Positions 14,963 to 27,346 of a DNA stretch of 64,000 bases are shown here, one piece after another; the stretch's first letter is position 1; each line of letters opens with the position of its first letter. The DNA is from Octopus vulgaris. Its lineage: Eukaryota. The stretch covers positions 2,294,001-2,358,000 of the forward strand of contig OX597829.1 in assembly GCA_951406725.2 (NCBI GenBank), given 5' to 3'. Made by a program: the position numbers and the translations under genes. The notes below the pieces were generated by a model that worked only from the letters and a program-made list of their open reading frames with translations, ran no database searches and was not told the DNA's origin.

Positions 14963-15036
14963 AGATCACTGCCTGGAATCGAACTCGGAATCTTGGGGTT
15001 AGTAGCCTGCGCTCTTAACCACTCTGCTACATGCCT
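14963..15036 (-). mobile_element. tRNA-like short retroposon head (second copy at 16770-16838)
   Basis: Minus strand tagcagagtggttaagagcgcaggctactaaccccaagattccgagttcgattcc (A and B boxes), followed by a (TAA/TGA)n tail. Acceptor stem is poor, so it is not called as a tRNA gene. Confidence 0.6.
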
Positions 15037-15601
15037 GTGGCCATATGGCATAGTAGTTACCTAAGGAATGAGAACCCAGGCTCATAATTTTCCCAAGACA
15101 CCTGATGAAAGCTGGAGGGTGTATCAGCCGAAAAGTGTTAACAACAAACAAGATGAGGGTAAATATCTGTCAAATGGAAATACTGTACATAATTCCTCAT
15201 CTCTTAAATATAGAACTGTATTACTACATAATGTTGGTAAATAATTTCATTGGTTGGATTTCCTGGATTTCAGCTGCATAGAATTCTACATTATACCTCT
15301 CCGTACTGGATTTCTATGTGGTATTATAGCTGAGTCTACAAGAGGAGCTTTTCTGTATTCCATGAATCTATATATTTCACTACAAATTTATGTGTAGATC
15401 ACGTAAAAAGCACCAAATGATCGTGGCCGTTGCCAGCCTCCCCTGGCACTTGTGCCGGTGTCACGTAAAAAGCACCCACTACACTCACAGAGTGGTTAGC
15501 ATTAGGAAGGGCATCAAGCTGTAGAAACACTGCCAGATCGGACCAGTGCCTTGTGCAGCCTCCTGGAATCCCAGACCCCGGTCGAACTGTCCAACCCATG
15601 C

Positions 15602-16464
15602 TAGGGAATGAACAAAAACGATTTTTTGAAAAAGATTATCCAGTGATCAATTTCTGGTATCCCCTTTACCATCCTCAGTATGACATAACCAAAAGTACAT
15701 GATTATAAACTTTTATACATACCATACGAACACAACGTATCCACAGTACATATACAAATTTCACACTTAATATACAAGTTAAATATCTAGTTTGTTCATT
15801 TCAGCCACGTGTGAATAATGAAAATAATTCAGCAGCAAATAAATTATAAAGTGAATTCATATTTATCAAATATCACCTTCACCTTTACCACCTTGACCGA
15901 CCAGTCCGTCGAGCGTCCATTTGACACCGCTGGTCACAGTACGCTGTCCACTGCTCTCTGGATCATGCCTTTCTCATCCATGTGATCCCAATCGTCCTCC
16001 TGAAATCGTAACTCCACCGTCGTGGAGGCCTTCCGAGTGGCCGTTTCCACTCGCGTGGGTATCACTCGACAACTGCGCAAATCCACCGATTATTGGTGAG
16101 CCAGGCGACGTGTCCAGCCCATCTAAACTTGATGCGTGTGTATTCTGCGATGACATCCCTCACGCCGGACTTCTCTCTGATGACCTCGCTACTGATGTAT
16201 TTCTATTTATATAAATACTGATGTATTATATTTATCAAATATAATCAAGGATAAAATCTATATAGAATTTTATCAAATAGCTAACATGTGAAAACTGATT
16301 AAGGTACTAGATTTTTAACTTGTGTATATAAGTGTGAACATTTGTATATGTGTTTATAATTATGAACTTTTAGTTATTTCATACTGAGGATGGTAAGGTG
16401 GTATTACATCACTAAACTGATCTATGGCTAAACTTTTTCAAAAAATCCTTTTTGTTAATTCCTA
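15602..16464. mobile_element. Foldback / MITE-like element with ~200-bp imperfect inverted arms
   Basis: taccatcctcagtatgacataaccaaaagt is inverted relative to acttttagttatttcatactgaggatggta; termini taggaatgaacaaaaacg / cctttttgttaattccta. Confidence 0.7.
15874..16200 (-). mobile_element. RTE LINE 3' fragment inserted in the middle of a foldback element, with a 15-bp TSD
   Basis: GC-rich; encodes an RLRWAGHVA..GKRPLGRPPRRW-type peptide. ATATTTATCAAATAT is duplicated at 15859-15873 and 16228-16242. Confidence 0.8.
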
Positions 16465-17159
16465 CACTTTCAGCCCATGTCTATGTGATAAATAAAGTAG
16501 TTGAGAGCCTTTGGCATCTTCTTCTAGCATGTGGCATTACTTGGTAGATGCCTTTGTTATAATTTTATAATGATATTTATAAAATTATATATTTTGTATA
16601 TATTTTTCTTGCTTGGTTTTTACACACTAGCTATTTCATAAAGTATTTTTATCCCTGATTATAATTGATATATATATATATATTTAAGGTCCCTGTATGT
16701 AGAGTATTTCCAGAGAAGAACTCAACCCAAGTTGTTGTTATTATTATTATTATGATTATCATTATCATTAAGGTCACTGCCTGGAATCGAACTCGGAATC
16801 TTGGGGTTAGTAGCCTGCGCTCTTAACCACTATGCCACAGACTAATACTGAAATTATTCAAGTGAAGAAATTCCTAGTTTCGCAACAGTAAAACCATTCT
16901 GTGGGTGTAGAAATGAGTAAACTATAATCCAAATAATAATAAGACAAACAAATACTTTAATGTAGCTTACAATTGTTTCTGTACTTAACTCTATTTGCAA
17001 TGCCAGTTTATGCAAAAATTCAATGTGAAAATTTACATAAGATTTTAAACATTACAGTGGCACTTAATTAGACATGCATCAAAGGTGTGCTCTTACATTG
17101 TCTGTCTTTCAGATTTTGCTGGGGGTTTTTTTTTTGCTTTTCTGACTGCATGCTTTTAC

Positions 17160-17217
<58 letters not shown>

Positions 17218-18026
17218 TGAAAGACTTTAGAATCCATGTACTTATATGAAAAGAATTGAGCTAAAATGGTGACATCTGTTGATCAACGAGCAAAATTGTC
17301 CTCTCACACTGTGTTTTCAAAAACAATTTTTGTGGGGAAAAAACAGCATTCCATGATGTTATTGCCATTTGTTTTTTTGGGGTTTTTTTTTGGTGCCATT
17401 GATGTTTCTCTGCTATTTCTGGTTATGCTACTCCTCCCATTATACCTCCCCGCTCCTTTCACCAATAATTACAATTTTTTCCAATATTCTTTTAATCTAA
17501 AGACTCATAAGACAATGAGTTGACATTTTGTTGGAAATGTCATATCGAAAGGAATTCTGATTATCATATCATGTATAAACATATGTGCCTATACATACAT
17601 ACACATGTGTGTGTATGTATATATGCATGTATCTATCTATCTGTATATATATATGTATATATATTTATCTATATATATGTATGTGTATATATATGTATAC
17701 ACACACACATATATATATTTATATATATATATGTATATATGTCTGTATATATATATATGTATCATATATATATATATATATACATACACGCACACACACA
17801 TATAACTTTCTTATTGATGTTGTTTATACTGCATTATGCGGATGGAATTTTAAAAAAAGAACACCTACCAATCCCATTTCCATAGACACTCACTTATTTT
17901 GCATTACCAGCCCCTATATCCTTTTACTTTTCCATCTACTTAACAGATTTCAGATAGCTTAAGATTATTACAGAACTGCCACATTGAGCAATGGGGAGAA
18001 GCCTAAGAGCTGAATAATTATTACTA

Positions 18027-18135
<109 letters not shown>

Positions 18136-18158
18136 TATATACATATATATACATATAT

Positions 18159-18201
<43 letters not shown>

Positions 18202-18202
18202 T

Positions 18203-18265
<63 letters not shown>

Positions 18266-18885
18266 AGGTGAATGAATTATCCTATGTTTATCGTCAGCAT
18301 GGAAAATTCTGAACTCTTCCATATTCTTTTCGCTAAGGTTCCCCTAGTAAACACACTCATAGAAAAATCGTACAAATGTAAACACTGGCAGAAACACACT
18401 TTCTACTCATATAAATGATAACGGTAGTCACTGTGGTTTGAACAATTAGCTTCACGTCCACCCCACTGCTATAGAGAAATTCTTTCCTAAGTCTTCGAAC
18501 ATTCTTTCAATCAACGTACACTTCCCTCTCCACTTGTTCCCTACCTATTATTCCTTTATACCTTCCCTTACTACTATCTATCTTTGACATCAATTCTTCT
18601 AACGGATTTTTAAAAAAAAACACTCATTATCGCTTTATTTACCATGTAGGCAGTCATCGAAATTTTTGTTTGTCTTGTTGTCGAGAGAGGCTCCCTTTCT
18701 TTCCTGATGAGAAGATTGCATAATACACCCTTTATTCCTTCGGAATAAAAATATGCTGTCTTCGAAACATGTGTCGAGAGTAAAGGAATTTTGTTAACAT
18801 CTTCATTCAACTCCATTCTTTCATTTATTCATATATATATAAATATATATATATACACATACACACACACACACACATATATATA

Positions 18886-18929
<44 letters not shown>

Positions 18930-20780
18930 TACATAATACATAAGTTCAAATTCCAGGTTCAGTTTCACTGCATGGCACCTCGTGTTCTAGTATAGCCCCA
19001 GGCCAACCAATGTCGTGTGAGTGAATCTGGCAGGTGGAGACTGTGTGGAAACCCATCATGTATTTGTGTATATATGTATACATGTGCATAAGTATGTGTC
19101 TGTGTTTAGCCTTATCCCCTGCCCCCACCCCACCCCCCACACACCACATGACAACTGGTGTAGGTTTGTTTATAACCTTCGTAACTTAGCAGTTCAGCAA
19201 AAGAGATTATAGAATACCAGTCTAGAAAAACATATGTACTGACTCAATTTATTTGTCTGAAACCCTTGTAGATGATGCCCTAACATGACAAATGAAAAAA
19301 GTAAAGTAAAAAGCAAACGATAAAAGATGTCTTAGATTTCATTCTATAGTTAAGGTTGTTAAAAGCATAACACTCAAACACATACTACAACAGAGCATCA
19401 CTATAGGTTCATTAGCCACTGGCCCACTTTAGTTACTTCTCATGGCCCACATTTTGTGTGTTCCCATACAAACTCCAGGTAGAGTTAAGAGTCGTAAGTT
19501 TTGTATTTTGGTTCATACCATGTTTTTCTTTGTCATATTTAGTGACCTAGTTAATATTAGTATTGTTTTCTTCATGCCCCACATATAGCTTATTAATAAT
19601 ATACTAATCTAGGATGTAAAATAGCTATGAATCTCCACTATAAAAGAAAAATAACCAAAAAAAATACAACTCCTCCCATCATATTTTAACCTTTCAGTAC
19701 CTTTGCAAAGAATGACCACAGTTTCCCAGAATCCCCTTCAGACAAAAGGGTTTTTTTAGTCCTGAAAGTTACAAGGCAATTTTACAAAGTGTTGGTACCA
19801 TCGGAAATACAATCTGTAAATACTGAACATTAGGAAGGACATCAAGCTAAAAAATCCTGCCAAAATTAAGACACAGAAGCAAGGCATAGCCCTTAGATGT
19901 ACTGGTTCTCGTCTATCTGTCTAATTCATGTCAATATGAAAAACAGATGCAAAAATGATGATGATGATGATGATGATGACAATGGTGGTGGTGGTGGTGG
20001 TGGTGGAATCTGCTTGCTATTACTCGAATTGTAACAAAAAGCAATAAATCTCTCTCAAATAATATTGTGTAAAAACTAATAAAAAGAAATATACACTAAA
20101 TAATGTAATTCTGGATACACTATATCTGAGAAAGAAAAAAAAGGAATATCAGATGGTTGAGCCTGGAATATCTACTCTGTTGTATCATATCTGAAGTGGA
20201 AACATAGAAACAATTGTCACAAATACTACCTGCTACACTGTACATTAGACAATGTAGTCTTTGATAAACTAAGTCTGGATGATATACAGGTTAGATAGAG
20301 ATGGGACACCTTTGGTCATAGGTCACCTGGGTTAAGATTACAAGCACTAACACTAACTACATTATACTATACATTAGACAATGTTATTCTAGTTAGAACA
20401 TCTGAATAAAAGATGAGATGGTCACAGCTGGAATGTCTTTGATCTGTTGAATCAAGAGCAACAAATAAGTAATTCAAATTACTATTGTTCAGGTGTGGAC
20501 TTAACAATTCTTGATCAATATGTGTCAACAGAAATTTCAAACTTCTACACTTCATTCCTCTTTAGTTATTTAGTCTCTCACCCACCCTCAGATGTATAGT
20601 AACTATAATTTGTGAGATGATTCTTCATTTAATGTTTGTATCTCATTATGGTATAGGTTGGGTAGTCTCACAGGAGCTGGCAAGACCAGGAGCCACACCA
20701 GGTGCCATAGTCTGTGTTCCTACAGCCGGTTGCCCTTCCTAATGTCAGCCACTTTACAGAGTGTTTTTTTTTTCCTGCCT

Positions 20781-21255
20781 TTAGCCCTCCAACGCGGAGT
20801 ATAGGCCACTTATAGTTGAATTCCATGTCGCATAATTTTTGGCTTCTGTACTTATACTCTGCCATGAATGTCCCCCTTTCTCTAGTTCCTTTTGTGTTGA
20901 TCTCCACCACGAGTTCTTAGGCCCACCTCTCTTTCTATATCCATCCGGTTTCCACTTTAAAGCACTTTTCGCTACTTTTCTAATTGTGCTACCAATCCAC
21001 TTCCACTTTTCCTTAAATATTTGCTCCCTAATCTGATTTGTTCTTTGCCATAGCTCCATATTGCTTATGTGTTGGGGCCATCTAATTTTAAGTATACTAC
21101 GCAAGCATCTGTTGATGAATGATTGTATTTGCTTATTTGACTAAACTGTTGTTCGCCATGTCTCAGCCCCATACAATAACACCGATTTTACGCTAGTGTT
21201 AAAAATTCTTATTTTGTTCTTTATTGAAATTACACTTGCACTCCATACTTTTATT
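20781..21255 (-). mobile_element. RTE LINE 3' fragment
   Basis: VLLYGAETW, LRSILKIRWP and KWKWIG..ALKWKPDGYRKRGGPKNSW. Confidence 0.8.
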
Positions 21256-22397
21256 TAACAGGTGTATTTCTTACAGAGTGTATTGGGTGCTTTTTACATG
21301 GCACCATCATCAGTGTTTTTTTTACATGATACCTATTTCTCAAACAAACAATCAATACTAAAAATTAAAAAAAAACATTTTAAAACATAGTTATTAAATT
21401 CCAGCTCTGTCTTTCATTTTTGACATATTCAACAAGACTGGGTTTGCTGGGATAAAAAAAAAATAGATGCAAACAAGAAAAATTTATATTTAATTATTCA
21501 AGGAGATAATTGTTTTGATTTATCTCACTAGCACAACAGTGTCAGAAAACCTGTGAATGCAGTTGTGTTTCTTGCATACAGGCAGAGCATGCGACACATG
21601 GATAAGATAAGATTTACTACATGAGGAAAACAAGACTTTGATAGAAATTTTGTATATTTATTTGCAACGACTGGAAAGCAGTCACATGCTGTTATATCGA
21701 CTCTGCTTCAGTTAGATGGCTTTGATTTTAAAGTTGGCATGTGATGGGCTCAAGTACCAGTGACCACCCCAGGGCAAACATCATGGATACAAACACATTC
21801 CTTGCAGACCAGACCATTATAAGAAAAAAAGAAAAAAATCAAACTAAAAGAAAGACATTTATTATAGAAAAATTTTACTCTACATAAATAAATGTTATCA
21901 ATTCTTAAAAAAAAAAACAAGAAAAAGAAAAAAGCTTTTTCTGAAATAAATGAGCTACGTAAGAATAGTGATTGGTTGGTTAGTAACTTAGCAACAATCA
22001 GTTTGATCTTAAATCAGAATGTAAGAAAGTAAAATGTTGAAAACAGTAAGTTAAAGTAAAGCAGAAGACATTCAGTGTGATTAAAGAGAAACAGATGCCT
22101 CGAGATAAGTGGAGGAGGTGATGGGGGGGGAGGGGGAGAAAAGGTAAAAATGGAAAGGTGATGAGTTGGAAGGCGGCAAAGAGGAAGGAAAGTGAACAAA
22201 ATAAAATAGAATGAATACAAGATGATAAATTGGCAGATTTAATTAAGTAGTAAAGTTTATCTATTGCTGTTTATGATTTTTTTTCTTTAAATGAACTTTA
22301 TCCATGTTATTTATCACCTTCTTCTCAACAACACAAAGGTACATGGCTTTGTGGTTAGGGCACTGCATTCATGATTGTAAGATCATTTTCAATTCCA

Positions 22398-22800
22398 GGC
22401 GGCGAGCTGGCAGAAACGTTATCACACCGGGCGAAATGCTTAGCGGTATTTCGTCTGCCGTTACGTTCTGAGTTCAAATTCCGCCGAGGTCGACTATGCC
22501 TTTCATCCTTTCGGGGTCGATAAATTAAGTACCAGTTACACACTGGGGTCGATGTAATCGACTTAATACCTATGTCTGTCCTTGTTTGTCCCCTCTGTGT
22601 TTAGCCCCTTGTGGGTAATAAAGAAATAGGTATTTCGTCTGCTGTTACGTTCTGAGTTCAAATTCCGCCGAGGTCGACTTTGCCTTTCATCCTTTCGGGG
22701 TCGATAAATAAAGTACCAGTTACACACTGGGGTTGATGTCATTGACTTAATCCCTTTGTTTGTCCCCTCTATGTTTAGCCCCTTGTGGGCAATAATGAAA
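22398..22800 (+). mobile_element. tRNA-derived SINE family A, representative copy (others at about 61-255, 8155-8550, 12394-12618, 30597-30825, 42056-42270, 44886-45284, 49632-49848, 54305-54712, 59519-59670, 62003-62235)
   Basis: ggcggcgagctggcagaa (A-box-like), gagttcaaattcc (B box), and a central gcctttcatcctttcggggtcgataaattaagtacc domain resembling Meta/Sauria-type SINE cores. Many copies on both strands. Confidence 0.88.
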
Positions 22801-23057
22801 TAATTTTCAATTCCCAGATTGGATATCTTGAGCAAAACACTTCATTCCACAATGCCCCAATGCATTTAGCTGTAAATAAGTTCCAATGATAGCTTGGAAG
22901 TTAACTCTACAATAGACTAGCACCCTATCCAGTCTTCTATTGTGATATCAGTCACTGATATGCCATGAAGACCAGGTTAGAGGCCGGTCGTATGAGGCCT
23001 AAGGCTCAAACAAACCTAAGAGTGTCTAAATTATATTTTAATGTTCGTTTTCTCTTT

Positions 23058-23287
23058 TTAACCCTATTGTTACCATATTTCTGTTGAGATGCTCTCAGTT
23101 TCTTTCAATTAATTTTAAATATAACAAAGAATTTAGTAAAATAACTTATTTATCATTAAGCTAGTGTTAGGAACATAAATTGTGGCTAAGGTTAGACAGA
23201 AAATTTTAATTCAGAACTTTTGAAAACAAGACATTTCTACTACAAAACCAGAGGCGGTTTCAGGCGGATTGGTAACAAAAGGGTTAA
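23058..23287. mobile_element. piggyBac-type MITE
   Basis: TTAA|CCCTATTGTTACC ... GGTAACAAAAGGG|TTAA: TTAA TSD with CCC-starting TIRs. Confidence 0.8.
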
Positions 23288-23575
23288 GTCTCCCTCCCTT
23301 CAACTCTCTACCAAATGATTGTTGCTAGGTTACTAACCAATCACTGTTATTATGTAGTTCATTTATTTCATAAATTTTTTTTTTTAATTGATAACATTTA
23401 TTCACGTAGAGTAAAATCTTCTTTAATAAATGTCTTTCATTTAGTTTGAACTTTTTTTGTTTTATTTTAATGGTTTGGTCTGCAAGCAGTGATTGTATCC
23501 ATAATATTTGCCCTGGGGGTGCTCCCTAGTACTTGAGCCCATCACATGCCAACCTTAGATATGTGATACACACAT

Positions 23576-23975
23576 GAGTGGTTGTGTGGTAAGTAGCTTG
23601 CTAACCAACTACATGGTTCCGGGTTCAGTCCCACTGCATGGCATCTTGGGCAAGTGTCTTCTGCTATAGACCCAGGCCGACCAATGCCTTGTGAGTGGAT
23701 TTGGTAGACGGAAACTGAAAGAAGCCTGTCGTGTATATGTATATATATGTATATGTATTTGTATATGTTTGTGTGTTTGTGTTTGTCCCCCTAGCATTGC
23801 TTGACAACCGATGCTGGTGTGCTTACGTCCCCGTCACTTAGCAGTTCGGCAAAAGAGACCGACAGAATAAGTACTGGGCTTACAAAGAATAAATCCCGGG
23901 ATCGATTTGCTCAACTAATGGCGGTGCTCCAGCATGGCCGCAGTCAAATGACTGAAACAAGTAAAAGAGTAAGAG
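23576..23975 (+). mobile_element. tRNA-derived SINE family B with a CORE-like segment, representative copy (others at about 9757-10125, 29373-29740, 31148-31525, 36197-36625, 50015-50415, 57080-57495, 63425-63795)
   Basis: tggctgtgtggt (A box), gggttcagtccc (B box), ccttgggcaagt CORE-like motif, an internal TA/TG microsatellite, and 3' gactgaaacaagtaaaagag. Confidence 0.88.
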
Positions 23976-24237
23976 TATGTGAAAGTATTGTGTGGCCTAG
24001 TGATTAAGGGGCTGAGTTCAAAATTATTCACACAGTGTATCCTTGAATAAAAGTGCACGTCTGGTAGTTAGAATGTTGGGCTCACTATCATGATGTCGTA
24101 GGTTCAATGCCTGGATAAGAAAGTGAGTTGTAAACTTGAGCATGTCACTTTTTTTCACATTGGTCCAGTCTACACTACTGTAGATAGATCGTTAGCCACT
24201 ACACACATTTTTTTTCCCTCCTTGTTTTTTCTGTGTC

Positions 24238-24274
24238 CCTTTCTGTAGAAGAGCGTAGGCTCAAAACGTAAAAG
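24238..24274 (+). ncRNA. Decayed hammerhead-like motif
   Basis: CUUU-CUGUAGA-A-GAGC(GUAG)GCUC-AAAACGUA-AAAG; two core substitutions, stems intact. Confidence 0.45.
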
Positions 24275-24882
24275 AAATTTTCTATTCCCGAGCGTTATAC
24301 TAATACATCTGTTTGTTTTGTACACCACCTGTCTTCGTCTTTTATTTTTTCGTAAACTCTCCCTACACTACTGTAATTGGATAGCAACCAATGATTGGTG
24401 CAGCCATCTATCTCTTCCATCTGTGATATTCTTAACCCTTAAGCATTACTCCATCAAATGTAATGCTAATTTATTACCTAATTTATCAGCAAAGGTATTG
24501 TTTTCAGTTGTGTTTGTTTGTTTGTAGCATTTGGTCCATCGGTGTGCTTTGAATACACTCTCTCTCCCTCTCTCCCTCTCTCACACACACACACACACAC
24601 TTTCTCTCTCTCTCTCTCTCACACACACACTCACACTCTCTTTCACACACGCACACTCCCCCCTCCCACATACACACTTATGTACAACAATATCCTTTTA
24701 TCATATTACTTGTTTCTGTCATTGGACTGTGGCCATGCTGGGGCACCACTTTCAAGGGTTTTCTTAAACAAATTGCCCCTTGGATTTATTCAAACTCTTT
24801 AGGATTCAGATTACACAGTCAAATGTAACCCTTATCTACTGAAATTATTTTGAATTAATCAGGCATTATCTTGGGACATCAA

Positions 24883-25533
24883 TGCCAGAGCTGAATTAAC
24901 CAAGCAGTACAGCTCATTTCATGTCTGTTGTCAATGGAAGGGATTAATTCATTAATCAAGACGGGTTTCTTTAATCCTTCAACTTCTCATACTTCATTCA
25001 TTGGCTTTCATAGAACCACGATATGCATATTATGACAGCTTTCTAGATGTTTTGTTTTATGGAGGAAGCATTTAAATAAATATTCTCTTTAACGGGTTTT
25101 GATACGAATCTAAGTGAGACTGTCGTTGCTCTGATACTAACTTCCTTTCTTACAATTATCTACAATTATAAACCTTCAGTTAAAGTTTTAGGCTAATTTA
25201 TGTTGCCAACACCAGTTTCAGTCAGCCAGTTCTACTAAATTCATTATTTTTCAAAATAAATTGAACCAAACGTAATGTATTTTTGATAGAAATACAGTAG
25301 CAGAAGGGTTAAAGTAGATGTGTAGTTTATAAATGGTACTACCAGAATTGTAGTTTATAAATGGTACTACCAGAATTGTAGTTTATGAGTGGTACTACCA
25401 GAATTGTAGTTTATAAGTGGTACTACCAGTATAAGATCTTCCCAACATATTGATTTCAAATTTTGGTACAAGACTATCAAGTTCAGTGGGGGAGGGCTAG
25501 TCGATTACATTGACCCTAGTACTCAACTGGTAC
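24883..25533 (+). repeat. Copy 1 of a 651-bp direct duplication
   Basis: Matches 33055-33705 with about 2 substitutions seen. Confidence 0.95.
25321..25432 (+). repeat. 28-bp x4 minisatellite (duplicated at 33493-33604)
   Basis: Unit tgtagtttataaatggtactaccagaat. Confidence 0.9.
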
Positions 25534-25552
25534 ATATTGGTAGGTGTGAGAC

Positions 25553-25851
25553 CCAGTTGCATAGCTAGGGTAAGGCAAGCAGGGCACATGCCCTGGGCGC
25601 CTCTTTGAGGGAAGGTGGGCACAATTTTGGCCAAGATCATTTTCTAATTAAGCCATTAAAAAATTTTTTTTAACCTTTTCAGACATGGTCTGTTTTGCTT
25701 ATTGCCACCCATGACACTAAACAAAATAGATGCTCTTATTTGATCTTGATCTGACAAAATACATGCACTGACCATCCCACCTCTCCACTGACTGGGTGGA
25801 GTGCAATTTTGATGCTTGCCCTGGGAGCCATTTACCCTAGCTACACCCTGG
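25553..25851. mobile_element. MITE (hAT-like termini)
   Basis: ccagttgcatagctagggtaa is inverted relative to ttaccctagctacaccctgg; internal tgccctggg repeats. Confidence 0.55.
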
Positions 25852-26244
25852 AGAGGCTAGATTAAATGCTAAAGAGATAAGTCTGAAAATTAATCTATCG
25901 GGCTAAATTTTTTCCTCAACAGCTAAGTCATAGGTCTATAAACAACCCTACATGATTTGTCAAGAAGGGAAACACACACACACACAAACACACATACATA
26001 TGAATTTTGACAAGTTTCTACACAGTTTTTCTCTCTTGATATTCACCCATAAAGCATTGGTCAGCCTTGAGTCGTAGCAGAAAGCACTCAAACTTCTGCA
26101 TAGTCGAACTGAACCTAAAAACTGTGGGTGCAAAACAAATTCTTAATCACACAGCCATGCCTGCATCTATACACAACTATTCTTGTACCTATTTGAACAT
26201 AACATATATACAACACAACCATGCAACAATCCACCCATTCATGC

Positions 26245-26275
<31 letters not shown>

Positions 26276-26870
26276 CAAAAGGATGTGTTATAATACTATT
26301 CCACATATACAAAAACAGCCATGCCAACTATCCAGCATACCTCCATCATTGGCTGCCCCACGGATATTATTCTGATTTTGACACAAGTTTGCCCTCCACA
26401 TACATAAACTGTGCTTGCCTCTCACACACACATATATACTCACATACACACATGCACTTGCATGCTGCAGTCTAGCTGGGTCCCTCTTATCTCCCCTTCC
26501 ATTAGCCTCTTCCCTCAGCTCATTTCAACATGTAGAAACATTAACCCCAACATGGTTTGTCTTTTTTCTCTCTCCCCTCAGTTTTTTGCCGATCATCCTT
26601 TTCTGTCGAAAGACATAGGCCCAAAATGCCAAAAACATTTCCATCTTTTCTGAGTGACAAACTAAAACACCTGTTTGCTGTTCCTTCATTTTTCTCAGGC
26701 TTGTTTTCTAGACATTTGAACCATATGTATGTGCATGTGTATGTGTGTATATACATGTATGTATGTATGTATGTATGTATGTATATATATATCATTAATC
26801 CAAAACAATGCAAGGACGTGGAACAAGTGTAGTGTTATTGGACGCTCAGGAAAGGAAAGAAAGAAGGAGG

Positions 26871-26905
26871 ATTTAACGTTTCGAGGAGAGCTCTTCGTCA
26901 GAAAC
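26871..26905 (-). ncRNA. Minimal type-I hammerhead ribozyme-like motif (core intact)
   Basis: Minus strand: GUUU-CUGACGA-A-GAG(CUCUC)CUC-GAAACGUU-AAAU. Confidence 0.6.
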
Positions 26906-27346
26906 ATAGGAAAAATAAAGATCCAAGGAAGGGAAGACGGAGGATAAAATCGCCAACGGTACACATGCAGGCGGACGGACGGACGTACATACGTATGTAT
27001 GTATGTATGTACACACACATATTTATTTATTTCACAGTCATTAGGCACAGCCGCAACAAAATTAAGTTTTAAAAAATTAACCACAGTACATATTTTTTAA
27101 GCCTGTTACTTAGTCTATCAATTTCTTTTGCTGAACCACTAAGTTCCAGGGACATAAGAAAACCAACATGTGTGTGTGTGTATAATTTAGAGAAAAACCT
27201 CTATTAAACAATTCAATAAAGAAAGATGTTACTCACGCCATATAGAAAACATATACTATAAAAAAAAACACATTATTCTAAAAATCAATAAAGTACAATA
27301 AATAGTAAACAGTAAATATTGAACTTTATTGATTTTTAGAATAAGG

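Noticed and set aside
14963-15036. Possible tRNA gene
   Set aside because: Poor acceptor stem, a simple-repeat tail and a near-identical second copy indicate a retroposon head.
25321-25432. 28-bp repeats resembling a CRISPR array in unit length
   Set aside because: The units are directly adjacent with no spacers, there are no cas genes, and the context is eukaryotic.
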